From NCBI GenBank assembly GCA_013265495.1, contig MU058456.1, forward strand, positions 372,001 through 436,000: a stretch of DNA of 64,000 bases. The letters run 5' to 3'. Position 1 is the stretch's first letter; each line of letters begins with the position of its first letter. The translations under genes were made by a program, and so were the position numbers. The notes under the pieces were generated by a model that worked only from the letters and a program-made list of their open reading frames with translations, searched no databases and was not told where the DNA came from. Of this stretch, positions 22,933 through 36,072 are shown piece by piece. The stretch comes from Vicugna vicugna (Eukaryota).

Positions 22933-23125
22933 ACCACAGTTACATCTTGGTGTATGATGGAGGTTTCCCCCAAGCACCACGTTACTTGTGCTTTAAGTCT
23001 CTCTAGAACTGTTTACGTGTCTGTTGGGAGGATCCATTTCACAGACTTCACTGTAGTTGGCTCTGGGGATGCTGAGAGTGCAAGGTTTGTCTCAAATATG
23101 AGTGTGCACTGCTTCTTCTGGCCAA
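22933..23125 (+). pseudogene. Exon remnant F (switch I, beta6/7, switch II, alpha4 start)
   Basis: tagcag| then an open frame TTVTSWCMMEVSPKHHVTCALSLSRTVYVSVGRIHFTDFTVVGSGDAESARFVSNMSVHCF, cf. RTVAST.MNE.SSRSH...G.L...DLAGSE...INTSLHTL. The 3' boundary is uncertain (23084 or ~23125). Confidence 0.65.
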
Positions 23126-23170
23126 AGTGGACTTACCTATAATTATGTCTTCTTGGCTTCATTTTCCCAG

Positions 23171-23390
23171 AATGTTGCTCTCTGCCCTCGCCAAAGCCAG
23201 GGATGAGTGAAGCAGTGAGTCACATGCACGGTCATCACTGTCTTCTCGATATTTTACAAGGGAAACCACAGATGCTTGTATGTTTTCATTCTTTTGTCTG
23301 ATCCTTCTTACGTAGAGCAAGAGGTCAGAGCAGAGGGATGTGAATCACTTGGGAATGATGAACAGTGCCCTCAGGCAGAGAAAGGGGTAC
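23171..23390 (+). pseudogene. Exon remnant G (alpha4 end, loop 12, alpha5, beta8)
   Basis: ttcattttcccag|A then MLLSALAKARDE*SSESHARSSLSSRYF. A shifted frame gives GNHRCLYVFILLSDPSYVEQE. Weak resemblance to ISAL...SKLT.YF...G.G...MIV. Confidence 0.45.
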
Positions 23391-23519
23391 ATCAAGCGAG
23401 TAGTTTTTCCAACCCTAAAATATTTGCTTTCAATGCAGTTAAGCTGGGTTATAATTATAGGGTGTTAAACTCTTTGACGTGTCATGCCTACTCAGCACTC
23501 CATTTGATGATCATTTTCA

Positions 23520-25685
23520 AAAAATAATAGATCTGTTGAAATATAATTTACACATTCACGAAGTGTGCTTACCATCCCCAATATCTAATTTCAGGACATT
23601 TTCCTACCCTATTAGAGACTCTGTGCCCCTTAGCAGTTGTTTTCTTTTCTTCCCTCCTCCAGCCCCTGACAAGCACTAGTCTACTTTTTGTCTCTATGGA
23701 TTTGCCTGTTCTTGACATTCTGTAGACTCATGCAATATGTGACCTTTTGCACCTGACTTCTTTTACTTAGCATTATGTTTTCAAGGTTTGTCCATGTTAC
23801 AGCATGTATCAGTGCCATGTTACTTTTTATGGCTGAATAATATTCCATTGTGTGAATATACATTTGGTTTACCCATTCATCAATTAATGGACATCTAAAT
23901 TGTTTCTACTTTTGTAGTATTATGAATACTGCTTCACTGAACATTCATGTACAGGATTTTCAGGTGGGAACGGGTTTTAAATTCTCTTGGGTATTTACCC
24001 AGGAGGGGTGTTTTTGGATCATATGGTAATTCTATGTTTAGCTGTTTGAGAAATTACCAGTCTCTTTTCCAAAGTGACTGCATCATTTCGTACTCCTACC
24101 AACAATTTATATGAGAGTTCCGTTTTCTCCACATCCTCACCAAAATTTGTTATTCTTTGTCATTTTGATTATAGCTATCCAACGGGTGTGAAATAGCATC
24201 TCATTATGGTTTTTAATTTTACTATGGTAAAATATATATAACATAAAATTTACCATTTTAAGTGTATAATTCAGTGACATTAAGTACATTCACATGTTGG
24301 GCAACCATCGTCACCATCCACTTCCAGAAATTTTTCATCATCCCAAACAGAAACTACCTGTTAAACAATAACTCATCACTCCCCTTCCTTTCTTAATTGT
24401 GGTTTGGATTTATGTTTTCCTAATGGCTAATGTTTTCCTAATGGTTGCGGGTCTTTTCGTATGCTTATTGACCATTTATATGAATTCTTTTAAAATATGT
24501 CTGTTCAAATCCTTTGCCTATTTTTAAATTGGGTTTTTTTATTGTTGAATTATAAGAGCTCCTTGTATTTTCTGGATACAAGTCTGCTATCAGATGTATG
24601 ATTTACAAATATTTTCTCTGATCCTGTGGATTGCGTTTTGCTTTCTTGGTGAAGAAAGCACAAAAGTTTTACATTTTGATGAACTCCCATTTACCTATTT
24701 TTTTTTCTTTTGTTGATTGCGCTTTTGGTGTCATATCTCAGAAACCATTGCATAATCCAAAGTTACAAAGATTTGCCTCTGTATTTTCTTCTAATTGTTG
24801 TATGGTTTTAGCTCTTACATTTAGTCTCTGATTGACTTTCTGTTAATTTTTGTATATGGTGTGAAATAGAAATCCAACTTCATTCTTCCATGTGAACATC
24901 CAGTTTTCCCAGGACCATTTGCTGAAAAGGCCTTTTCCCCCATTGAATTGTCTGGCACATTATAAAAAAGTTAATTGACCGTAAGTGAATTTTGTATCGA
25001 TTCCATTTATCTACACATCTATCCTTATGCCAGTACCACATTCTCCTAATTACAGCAGCTTTGTAGTAAGTTTTAAAACTGAGAAATGTGTCTTCCAACT
25101 TTGTCCTTTTTTTTAAGATTGATTTGGTTCTTCTGGATTCCTTACATTTCCACATGAATTTTATGATCAGCTTGTCAATTTCTGCAAAAAACCAACAACA
25201 AACAGTTAGGATATTTGACAAGGGTTGCACTGAATATGTAGATCACTTTAGGTAGAATCGCCATTTTCATAATACGAAGTCTTTAGATTCATGAAATGGG
25301 ATACCTTTCCATTTATTTAGGTCTTCTTTAATGCCTTCAACATTGTTTTATACTTTTCAGTGTATAAATCTTATACTTCTTTTGTTAAATTTATTTCTAA
25401 GTATTTTATTCATTTTGATGCTATTATAACTTCAACTGTGATTTTAATTTCATTTTTGGATTATTCACTGCTAGTGTAGAGAAATACAATTGATTTTTGA
25501 AGATCAGCCTTTAACACTGCAACCTTGCTAAACTTGTTTATTAGTTCTAATAGTGTTTTTGGTGGATTCCTTGGGGTTTTTTTGTATGTAAGATCATGTC
25601 ACCAGCCAACAGAAATAGATCTTGCTTCTTTCTGTCCAAACTGGATGCCTTTTATTTCTTTTTCTTACCTGATTACCCTGGCTCA
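23520..25685 (-). mobile_element. Old L1MB-like 3' part with nested L1 3' fragment (~24210-24395)
   Basis: Degenerate ORF2 peptides ([35 protein letters not shown]). Confidence 0.85.
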
Positions 25686-27164
25686 TCGAGTATTTTAAAC
25701 CCAATTTAAGAAGAGTCAGGAGAATGTATAATTTCTTTTGTCATAAGAGGAAAAGTTCAGAAGGGTAAGGCCAAGAATATCTAGGAACTCAGAATCTCGC
25801 AAATTAATCTATTTGTTGGTGTTTTTCTTTCTTCATTTCCAATTAAGCCATGTCTCTTCTCTGATTCTCCTATTTAAAATGGAATATATATTCGAGGCAG
25901 AGTACTTTTATTTCTTTCTTTAAAAAAGCTTGACCTTGGATATTACTCAGTGTCCCAGCAAAGAGCATTCATCCAGCTCTCTTTCACCCCAAACTTCTAT
26001 CTTATCATAAACTACCATGCTGGATCCAAAGGTCAGGAAAATGTAAATTTTAAACAATAGAAAGCAAACAAATAACCAACAAGGTTGCTTTTCATTTATA
26101 TACCTGGTCAGGCATCCCCAAACCAGCAGATTAGTAACTATTTTCTTTTCTGGCTTCCTCACCCTGGCTTGGGCTGTCTGATTTTTTTTTTTTTTTAATT
26201 CCCACCTGTCAGTGTTAGGAAGTAAATGTCCCAAATTAGAGGCTTTGTTTATCGTCTGGTCTTTGCTGCACATGTGTTATTTAAACTCCTTATTACCTGG
26301 CCAATGCAGAGAATTTAAACATAAATCTAATTTTAATTTTCTCCCAATAAGAACTGAAAATATGTCTAATTATAAGAATACTGTAGACTACAATGGGAGA
26401 ATATTTAGTTCCTAGTAGTAACTCTGACACACCTGAAATCATGTGTTATTTTTGGAGTTACTATATTGCTCTTTGAGCTAGTAGGGCTATTTTTCAGGGA
26501 AGCTGCTGGAAAACAATGGAAAGAATAGCGTGCTCTGAGCCCCATCCTGGGTTTGGCTTCTTGTTCCTCTTCTGCAGTTAGCCAAGTGTGTGGCTTCACC
26601 TAAGTTAAGTCACTTGAGAACTCTGGGCTTGAAATGAAGGGACTGGACCAAAGAATCCCTCCACGCTCTGCTATCTTGTGATCCTGTGAATGAGAAGTGC
26701 TGTTTGCAAGCCACGTACCATGTCATTGCAAGGGGTACATAGCTTCAGAGAGCACGTTGCCGGTGCTCAGTCATCACGGCTGTCGGCGCGGCAGAGCCTC
26801 TCGCAGGAGGGCATGTATGTGAGGTTTGATTTTAAATTTCTACCTATGAGCTTGTACAGTCTTTCCTTTCAAAGACCACAGAGGGATGAGTGATCATAAG
26901 ACAAGGTGTCGTAGTGGAGCATAAATACTAGATGAGGATTGGTTTTTCCAGTAATTAATAATTAAGATAATTCTTAAGAACAGAGTTCATCTACGCAGAT
27001 ATATAGACTCCCATCTCCTGCATTATTGCTAATGCACAGCCTAGAGAGTTTCATCTTTGATGCCCCTCCCTCCCCAGCCTAGTGACCATCCTGAAGTAGG
27101 GATTGATGGGCTAGGTGAAGCCGGGAAAACGTCCCATAGCTGTGGGCTCAGAACCACTGTTTAC

Positions 27165-27295
27165 CAGGAGGTGACTGCACAGCCCGATTTGCCCAGGACA
27201 GAATCTGATTATACCTATTATCCCAGAGTAATTATTAATAGGACCCCTTTCCTCTTTAATCTCTCCTGGTTTAGATAATAAATTATATAGTCACC
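27165..27295. mobile_element. MER94-like hAT-Blackjack element (related element at ~4470-4580)
   Basis: ggtgact...tttgcccaggacag...gtaattattaatag...tagtcacc terminal inverted ends. Confidence 0.55.
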
Positions 27296-28144
27296 ATAAA
27301 AGTATACTCAGGTGCATTTACTCATTTACTCAATAACTTAAAATGTTATCCAGTTAAGTCCCCTCACTTGCTTCATTTTCTTGTCTTAGTAACTTTATTA
27401 GCTTCCATTTATTCTGCACCCACTTACAGCACACTCTGGGCCAAGATCTGGATACACAAAATCACCTTATTCACAGCACCTTGACAGTGTGTCAGGTGAG
27501 GAAACTGAGGCTCCAAGAGGAAGGTGAGATCCAGAACTTGAGCCTAGGTCTGTTGGCATCAGAAGTCTTTTGTCATTATGCCTCTGTGTGTACAAAAACA
27601 AAACAAATGAAAATGATCTCATTTGTATTTTTAGAGTTAGCATACTGATAATAAAATGAATGAAGCACTTCACATCCTGGCATGGACACTGACTGTGAAT
27701 TCTCTCTGTTCCTCAGTCTCCTCTTTGGGAAAATGGGACTATTAATAGTTTCTACCCTGGAAGGGTGTGGTGAGATTAAGAGCTCATACATGTAAAGTGC
27801 TTAGAGCAGTCCCTGGGCCACTGTAATCTCTCTGTAAACGTTAGTGTTACCATCACCATCACCATTGCCATCATCCTTACCTTCATTGATTAGAGTTGAA
27901 TTAAGTGCCTCTGGTGTCCATGATGTGCTGCTGAAGCTACTGCCCGCTGTTCCCCACTGTCCTCAGCTGTTCTCAGGGCCATACCTTCTCCTGCCTGCTG
28001 GTTTCCTCCGACCTTGCCAAGTGCCTCTAGTTATATTAACTTTTCATTAGCATCTCTTTGCTCTGATAATTTCATTGAGTACAAAACATGTATGAATTTT
28101 GTATTTTTACCATGAAAACATACGGTTTTCCCCTATCTACCAAG

Positions 28145-28365
28145 TGATTTATCCACCTTTGAAAAACTGAAGGATTCTGCGGTCACACTTGACACATACC
28201 TCAAAAAGGAAACTGTCCACGGGATCCATGGCAGTTTCTCAGTTTTACAGTAATTCACAGTATTATTTCATTCCTTAGTTTCTCTTCCTCTGAAAGGGAC
28301 AGAAGAACAATTCGTTTCAAGATTCTTACATGAAAGTTCTAGTCTTAAGATCAAGAACTGATAGT
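28145..28365 (+). other. Candidate decayed exon downstream of the motor remnant
   Basis: ttttcccctatctaccaag|T then DLSTFEKLKDSAVTLDTYLKKETVHGIHGSFSVLQ*FTVLFHSLVSLPLKGTEEQFVSRFLHESSSLKIKN. Donor not identified. Confidence 0.3.
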
Positions 28366-31300
28366 TAACTATTGATTTGATTTTAGGCATTATAATGGTT
28401 GAAAAACTTAAAATGCTGAAAATCATGTAAAAAACCTGTTTTTAAAGTTAAAAATAACTTTTTGCCGATCACCCAAAAAGGATAGCATGCTCATCGCTGT
28501 ATAAATGATTGGTGTGTGTATTTTTATGTATATATACATATACATATATGGAGACAAAAATGAGATGATGCTGAAGTAGTTTTGTAGTCTGCTTTCTTCC
28601 ACTTTACAAAGCATTATAGATATCCTCCTGTTTCAGTAATATTCAGACCATTTCCAACTATTTTTGGCAGCAGAACTAATTCTGCAAAAGGAACCACCCA
28701 ACATGAAACATAAAATTCAAGCTTTTGAGGTTAAAGCAGGAATGGGAGATCCAGGGCCCCACTCACTCAGGCTCCCCCTGGCTTTCTTCCTGCTCTACCT
28801 CCCCTTCACCTCATGGCCCCTGAGGCACCACCAAGGAACCCTGTGGATCCAAGGGTCGTTACAAATGTGCCCTAATATATTTAACTGATTTCTCTTAATT
28901 TAGGTTATTTGCAAAAAACTTCTGTTATAAGCAGCACTGCAGTGAACATCTTTATCATTAATCTTGGCACATATGCTCATTTATATATTTATTTATTTCC
29001 TTTAGACTCTTTTTTAGAAGCAGAAATTCTGGGTCAAAGGGTTTGCATAGTTTAAGAATTTTTTTAAAATCAGTTTTGAGCAAGTTGTCTTTTAGAAAGT
29101 CTGTACAAATTAACCTGCTAACCCTGGATATTTTCATTAAAAGTAATCCTGGCCAAATGTGCTGGTTAGTAGCAAAACTGTAAAATTTAGAAACTACACC
29201 ATACTACTCAGTTAATAGAGAAAGACAGACAAGATCTCTTACCCCTAAAAGAATTTTGTTTTTCAGTGCTTGTAGAGAGCTTCAAAGCAGAGGCCCTACC
29301 CTCACAGAGCTTATATGTCACAGTTCAAAAGAAAGAGGAATAAATATAGAAAAAAACAGCTCATTCCTGTGAACTGGGCTTAGGATGGAGTAGAACAAAC
29401 AGAATAAACACTCTTGAACGAGAAATATGAGTCAAATTGGCCTTAATAATGTAGGCGCTTCTGTGCACAATGCTGTAAGAGCAGATACAACCCACCCATG
29501 TAATGGAGCTTTGCCTGCCACGATGATCATACGTTTGGCCGCTGGGCACTGGGCTTATTGATTTAATGGTCTCACTTCAGTGTAAGAGGGAGTTCTTGAA
29601 AAAGCCATCTAGGAATCCCTCCAGGAAATCAGTTCCAGTAGCTGAAAGTGCCATCTTGCTCCCAGTCATCTGCCCTGTCACCAGTCCTCTAACCCTGAGA
29701 TACAAAGGTTTCCATAAGCCACACTCGGTCGGGGTTGCCACCTTGGGTGATGACAGCAAAGCATCATCTCCTTCAACTTGGATAGAATTTTTCTTCTCAT
29801 TTTTCCTCTTAAAGAAGAGATTGGCTTGATTTTCCCAGGAGGTTGTGATGCTTTTTGCATCGACTATCTTTAGAAGTCACCAAGGCCTTTGCAGACCTCT
29901 CTGCAGGGAGAAACTAACCTGATGAAGAAGCTGGCACTGGGATCCTTGGGTGCAGAGCACGGCTTTCCTTTTTCATCTGATTCCTCCTGCTATAGTAGGT
30001 CGTTGAGGATCCCTACACCAGCAGAGTATGTGAATTTGAAGAGTCTTTTAAACTAAACCAAGTAGAAGTCTTTTCACAGATAATTTTTTTAGACATAAAT
30101 CATTCTGCAGGTTCTTTTATGCCATAGGTTGCTAGGGCATCTCCAAGCCCAGTGCTGCACATGGGCAGAGTACTCAGCTAACTGCTTTCTTGATGAATTG
30201 AAGCACACTTCATCGACTTGTCTCAACTCTCCTAAAGAGTCTCAACACTGGCGACATACTGGAATCTCTTGGAGAACTTTAAAAACAGATCCCTGGATCC
30301 AGCCCCACAACCCTAGATCTTCTGCATAATTGACCTGGGGTGGAGGCTGGGTGTGGGACTATTTTAAGAGCTTCCCGGTGATTGCAGTGTGCAGCCAGGA
30401 CTGAGAATCTGGACTTAACCCAGTGCATCTCTGATTTCTTCTTTCTAAGATTTGGGTTGAGTGTAAAACCGTCACTTTAAGGAGGCTAGAAAAGATAAAG
30501 TGATAGCAGAAGAAATAATTTCTCTATTTTAAGAATGTCTATTCCACTCTCCTAAAATAAAGCATAAATACTGGGACAAGATCAGAGTTCTCTGTGTTGA
30601 ACTTACCTGGAGAGAAGTTGAGCATCAGGGCAAGAACATGGGCAGTGTGGAAGGAGACAATATGATATGAGTGTCAGTTTAACATAAGTAACGCCTTCTT
30701 GTGGCTTCATTGCCAGATGGCCAGAGTGGTTAGAGCAATCATTGCAAACTAAGCTCTTGGCACTTTGGAATAAGGCCATGTTTTTTTTTTTTTCCTCTGG
30801 ATCAAGTGCTTCGTTACTTAATTTGTCTGGGATCTCATTGTGAAACTCATTACTAAATCCATCAGGACCCAGAGGGTGTCAGAATGATTTAGCAGTCTTA
30901 TAAATTTCTCTGTATTCTGTAGTAATTCTCATTGTATGTTAAATGCTTTGGAATGACAGGAAGATGTAACTTATCAAAATGACTTTGAAAACATCTTTTT
31001 TTTTTTTTTTTACAGATTAGAAAAGACCTACGGAAAGAGTCTTTTAAATCCCCAAATTAATATTTAAGTTAGCATTAAACCTGTTCTCATTCAAGTCCTT
31101 GATTGCTTTATTAGAAGTAATTGCTTATCTTGCTTTAGGAAGATTGGCTAAGGCGGGGTACTCACTTCCATGTCTCATTCATACAAACTTTGTATTAAGT
31201 ATTTTAAACGCATTTTAACTCTTAAAGTTTTGCAAATTAGACAAAAACCTGCAGAGAGAAGATGTATGTTCTTTTTTATATATCAATATATTATTCCTAT

Positions 31301-32755
31301 TAAAAATATCATTTCCACTAATGTCAGATGGTCTTTTGGCACCTAATGATCTTGACAAGAACAAATACAACCATGTGGATTTGGACTCAGGAGAGAATAA
31401 GGTCATTTATCTGTGGTGCTTTGGGAGAGACATTTTCTTTTTCAATTTTCTTCCTCCGTTTTCTTATTACAATTACTGTTTGGGTTCATTATGACAACTC
31501 CCATCATTATGACTTTTCCAGCTCACAAGCTGGAGAAAGATTAATGGTAGAAGAAAATACAGTCTTTGGCATTAGAGCTACATCTAGCTGTTAATATAAC
31601 AGAGAAGAGTACATGAAATCCATTTATTAGATTTATGCTTGTGATGGAGAAAGTGGCACAAGGTATAAAATGTTAAGATGTAGAACTTGAAATGTTGGCA
31701 GGTGCACATGTATATTTCATTCATTCATTCACTTATTCATTCAACAAATCTTCAGCATCAATTATGCGTGCATGAGATAAAAATAAACTATAATAAGACC
31801 CAATCTGAAAGGGATGTGGGGCAGGAAGGATGCACAGGGTTGCAGGGGAATGGGGAGCTACTTACTTGGTTTTGCCCATTCTGAACTAGGCTAGAATTTT
31901 GATTCTAGTTACTGGCAGGAGCCCCTGGGTCTAGGTGTCTATAAAATCGATAACTTAAGGTTGTTTAACACAAACTTTGTTAAGAGTAACTCAATCTATA
32001 GTTGAAAATTGTGTATTTACTAATTCATCCTATAGTATACAGATAATAAAGGCTCACACAGTGAGTCTGCGATCAGCCTCTAATTTCTCCTCACTGGAGA
32101 AATTGAGAATCTTTCTTTCACTACTATAACAGAGAGAAGAGTTCTGGTCCAGTCTGGGTTGTTTTCTTCCAGTGTAGTTGTGTATCTATGTGGCCTCCTC
32201 CTATATGGATTTGGAAATACCCTCCTTACCATCGGTATCTTATTACTAGCCCCAGAGAGGGATTCGACTTTGTGTCTTAACCTTGGGAAGGACTGCTCTA
32301 GGTCTTGTTTATGAGATCTCTCCAAATGCTCTCACTGTGGGATTTTGTTTCTCAGCCCTGTGGTTTTTGTTGAGGCATTTAAAACACTCTTTAAATCAGA
32401 AGTCATTTCCCGCTTGGACATCGAACTGTAAAGACCCTTGTCATAGATCAGAAATAGAGAGCCCATGACAATTGCTGTACAACACCATTTGACACCCTCC
32501 CTGGCCAAAGTAGGCATTTCCCTTTAATCACCTCTTGCTTAGTATCATGTAGGTTACAGTCAACACTGCTAGGCATTGGAGATTCAACAATTAAAGAGAA
32601 GTGTCCCTGTTCCCAAGGAGCCAACAGTCTGGTGAGGGACTCAGACAATTATAAAATGGTCTGATTAGTGCTGTGGTAGAGGAATGCGGGGTGTAAGGGG
32701 TCGGGGTGCAACATGATACAGGTTCATAAGAAAGTTTACTTCACCCAGAAAGGCT

Positions 32756-33490
32756 AAAAGCATTTTCATATCTGCTAAACAGCGTGATATTTAGCAAGTC
32801 AATCACTCCAACATAACCTGGGAACTTTCTCCAAGATTTTGTAGTTCTATATTAAAACATAAACTGGTAAATCTTGTATTGTGTTTGTCAAGGTAGCATC
32901 CTGTTATTATTCAATTTCTTTAACTCTTAAAATGTGAGATCTATTAGGGGGTGGTCAGGGAAGACTTCCCACAATGATTTTACCAGAGCTGGGGCTTAAG
33001 GAACAAATGACAGTAAGCCAGAGAAAACCAAGAAGAGGAGGAGTGGTCTTTGCAGAGGAAATAGCACTGGAAAGGCCTGGAGACAAGAGGTGGTGGGCTG
33101 GGAAAGCTGGCTGCATGCTTTCCATGTGGCATTGGGAGGGGGAGTGTAGGACTAGGAAGGAATGAGCCTGGAAAAGTCAGCAGCTGTGTGATCATGGGGA
33201 ACCTTACGTGCTGAATTAAGTCAGTCTGTCGCTGTTATAAAAAAAAAAGCTTCAAATAGTAATCTTAACTCTTCATCATTTTGTATGAGGGCATGTGTAT
33301 CTGTCAGAATATATTTGACATATCAGAGGGAAAAGCATTTATAAATTTGCTACATAGCAGTATATTTTGAAAGTTGACCTCTTATGAAAATTTCTTCAAG
33401 ATACTTTGTATTTATATATTAAAATACAAACTGGTCTGGCATGGTAGCATCCTGTTATTGTTCAATTTTATTAACCCTTAAAGTGGTGTA
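32756..33490. repeat. Diverged direct duplication (~32756-32935 / ~33331-33490)
   Basis: Shared blocks aaaagcattt, tatattaaaa..aaactggt and ggtagcatcctgttatt.ttcaattt..ttaac.cttaaa. Confidence 0.8.
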
Positions 33491-33519
33491 TGTGATATAT
33501 ATATTATATATATATATTT

Positions 33520-33647
33520 AGGTTTTTTGGGGGGAGGTAATTAGGTTTATTTATTTCTTTGTTTGTTTATAATGGAGGTACTGGGGATTGAACCCAGGAC
33601 CTTGTGCATGCTAATCACGTGCTCTACCACTGAGCTGTACCCTCCCC
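33520..33647 (-). mobile_element. Camelid tRNA-Ala-derived SINE (long-tail form)
   Basis: Same consensus on the minus strand. Confidence 0.9.
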
Positions 33648-35739
33648 GCTATGACATATTAAGTTGATATTTTTGTGATACCTGTGAAGGTAACTTGGGA
33701 TATGCAGAACACCACCACAACAGGCCTTGGAGTCAGAGATTGAACTTCTTAGTAACAGTAAGTAGGAAATTTAAGTAATCACTTTATGATTTTCTCTTCA
33801 CATTTCTAAAAACCCTTATCTTTCTAAAGATGACAGGTCCTCGGTGCTAATAGGTCATGGGCAGGCAAAAGGAGATACTTATGTTACATATTCACTGTCT
33901 CAAGGCCACGTATGCTAGTGTTTTTTAAATCAGGTGTTGATCAAAACAGAATCAAACAAACAAAAATCTTTCCTTGGATCTGGGATGTTTTATAGGTAGA
34001 AATGTGTTTTAGATAAATGTATCCCATTTATATGGGACAATAAATTTCAGATAAATTTGCAGTAGAAAGAAGGTAGCTTTTCCCTTCAAGTCTCTGCTGC
34101 ATGAAGCCAACTTCTGGCTTAGTACTGACAGTGCAGATCCCACACGGCTCACTACCCTTGGAGGAACAGCCATTCCTCCCCCCAGTTGGCGTGAGTTTTG
34201 GACGTTGGTATCTTGTGAAGCAGTCACAGCCCCCCTGCCAGCTGCAGGCACACAGTATGTCATTTCTGGCACTCTCAGAGTCTCACTGCCTATCCCAACT
34301 CTGGGTCTGCAGTTCGAGCCCAGCGAGTCTGTGGTAGTTCCATTTGCTTTGGAGAATTTAGTCGTAGGAAAATTGAGATGATGTTGAATTTCCCCATGTC
34401 TTACTTAGAAGTAGAGATACTGCTTGGATTATGAATGCCCTTGAACTTTCGGCAAAAGGAAAAAGAAAATGCTGTGTAAAGGGCGGGGTTGGCTCGGCTT
34501 TTCCTCCATTCCTAACATAAGCCCGCCCACCCCTGCAGACCTACCCAGCATCTGGTATCCATCCACCCCCCTTATGCCCAACCTGCCTTCCCCAGATGTT
34601 CCTGTATCTTGCCTCTCAACACCGAACTGTGACTGCTTCCTTCCTCCCTTGCTTTCCTGGCCATAATTCTGCAAGACAAGGACTCTGCCCTATCCCAATA
34701 GTCTTTAAATCCTGCTGGGCTTCAGAGTCCCTGAGGGTGCTTGTTAAATTCCTGGGCCATTTGTCCTGTGTTTCTGACTCCAGAGGTCTGGGCCTGGGGG
34801 CCTGCATTTTAACCAGCCGCACTTTTAGCTGCCCTGCACTGTTCTTCTGGGGAGTTGCAGGGGGTGTTAGGTCCAGCCTCGCCTGCTAGTGGTCCATGGC
34901 TTTGGACAAGTCACTGTAACTCCCTGTGTTTCTATGTCCTCCTCTAAAGCACATGGGAGCAGAGAGAGAAACTGCACTGGAGAATCTGAAACTTACTTGA
35001 CCCACTGTCTTTCCTTCTCCCCTGCCTGGGAAACCCCAACTCTGGACAGCCCTACTATCTGCCTTCCCTTCCCAGCACCCCGGCACCCCAGCTACGGAGG
35101 AGTGTGACTAGAGAAAATCACAGACCCAGGCTGGCTGGTGCTGCTCCACCACAACCTTAACACTGCGAACACCACCCTGCTCCTCCAGCCCCTCCCTCTT
35201 TCACTCTGTGTCAGGGCTTTCCCAAATGCTCTTCTCTCTCAAACTTCAGACCCAGCCACTTGCCTCTTATTTTAACGTGTGAACTTACTTTCCAATTCAC
35301 AGAGAAAACAGGAGCCAGGAGAAACCTGCCACCAAACCTACCAGCACCCCTGTTCCCACACCTGCTTCCTTGTATTGCATGGTCTCCCCTCCCAGCTAAG
35401 CCAGTGTCTCTCACATGCTCTGCATCTCATTCCTCAGTGCTTTTCCCGTCTCGACCTCTTCCTCTCTACAGCTGTAGTCCTACCACCCAGACGTTAGCAC
35501 TGTGAACATTTGCTGTACTTCCTTTCAGCCCTTTTTATTCATACATAAGGATACATTTCATACACCATTGGGATGTTTATCTGTTAGAGTTCAAACAGGG
35601 AGCAGAGTCACCAAGCTGTGGGACTCGTTGTATTAATGTGACAGTCCACAGTTGTCAGGAGGAGAGAATGAGGGTCCCTGATGGGGTGTTGGAGGAGGAG
35701 AGGAGTCATTCACCAGAAAACTAAGAAGCCAAGCACATT

Positions 35740-36072
35740 GTCCTGATTATCCAGGTGGACTCAGTATAGTGTGTCCTTACACAGGGAGGCAGGTTTGACC
35801 ACAGCAGCAGGAAATGTGATGACAATTGGAGCCTGTGAGGAAGGGGTCTGGAGCCAAGGAATGCAGGTGGTCTCCAGAAGCTAGAAAGGCAAGGAAACAG
35901 ATTTTCCCCTAGAGTGTCCAGGGGGACCCAGTCCTGCTGACATATTGGCTTTAGCTTAGTGGAACTGATTGTGGACATCTGGCTTCCAGAATTGCAAGAG
36001 AATGAAATTGTGTTGTCTTAAGCCACTAAGTCTGTGGTAATTCATTAGAGGAGCAGGAGGAAACCAATGCAC
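35740..36072. mobile_element. MLT1-type solo LTR
   Basis: gagccaaggaatgcaggtggtctccagaagctagaaaggcaaggaaacagattttcccctagag. Confidence 0.8.

Larger units (their letters stand above)
8193..23390 (+). pseudogene. Decayed multi-exon kinesin-6 (KIF20A/KIF20B-like) motor-domain gene remnant
   Basis: Six or seven AG/GT-bounded segments translate, with stops and frameshifts, to kinesin motor motifs in the correct order: beta1, F-x-Q and KGQ..IFS, P-loop remnant YGRTG*RRTLT, alpha2 plus long loop 6, GL..V.S, switch I-like, switch II-like, N.S.H of alpha4. Compared by eye with remembered KIF20A/B sequences. Confidence 0.72.

Noticed and set aside
8193..23390. Processed pseudogene of KIF20A/KIF20B
   Set aside because: The coding remnants are separated by kb-sized introns with splice signals, and similarity is far too low for a retrocopy.
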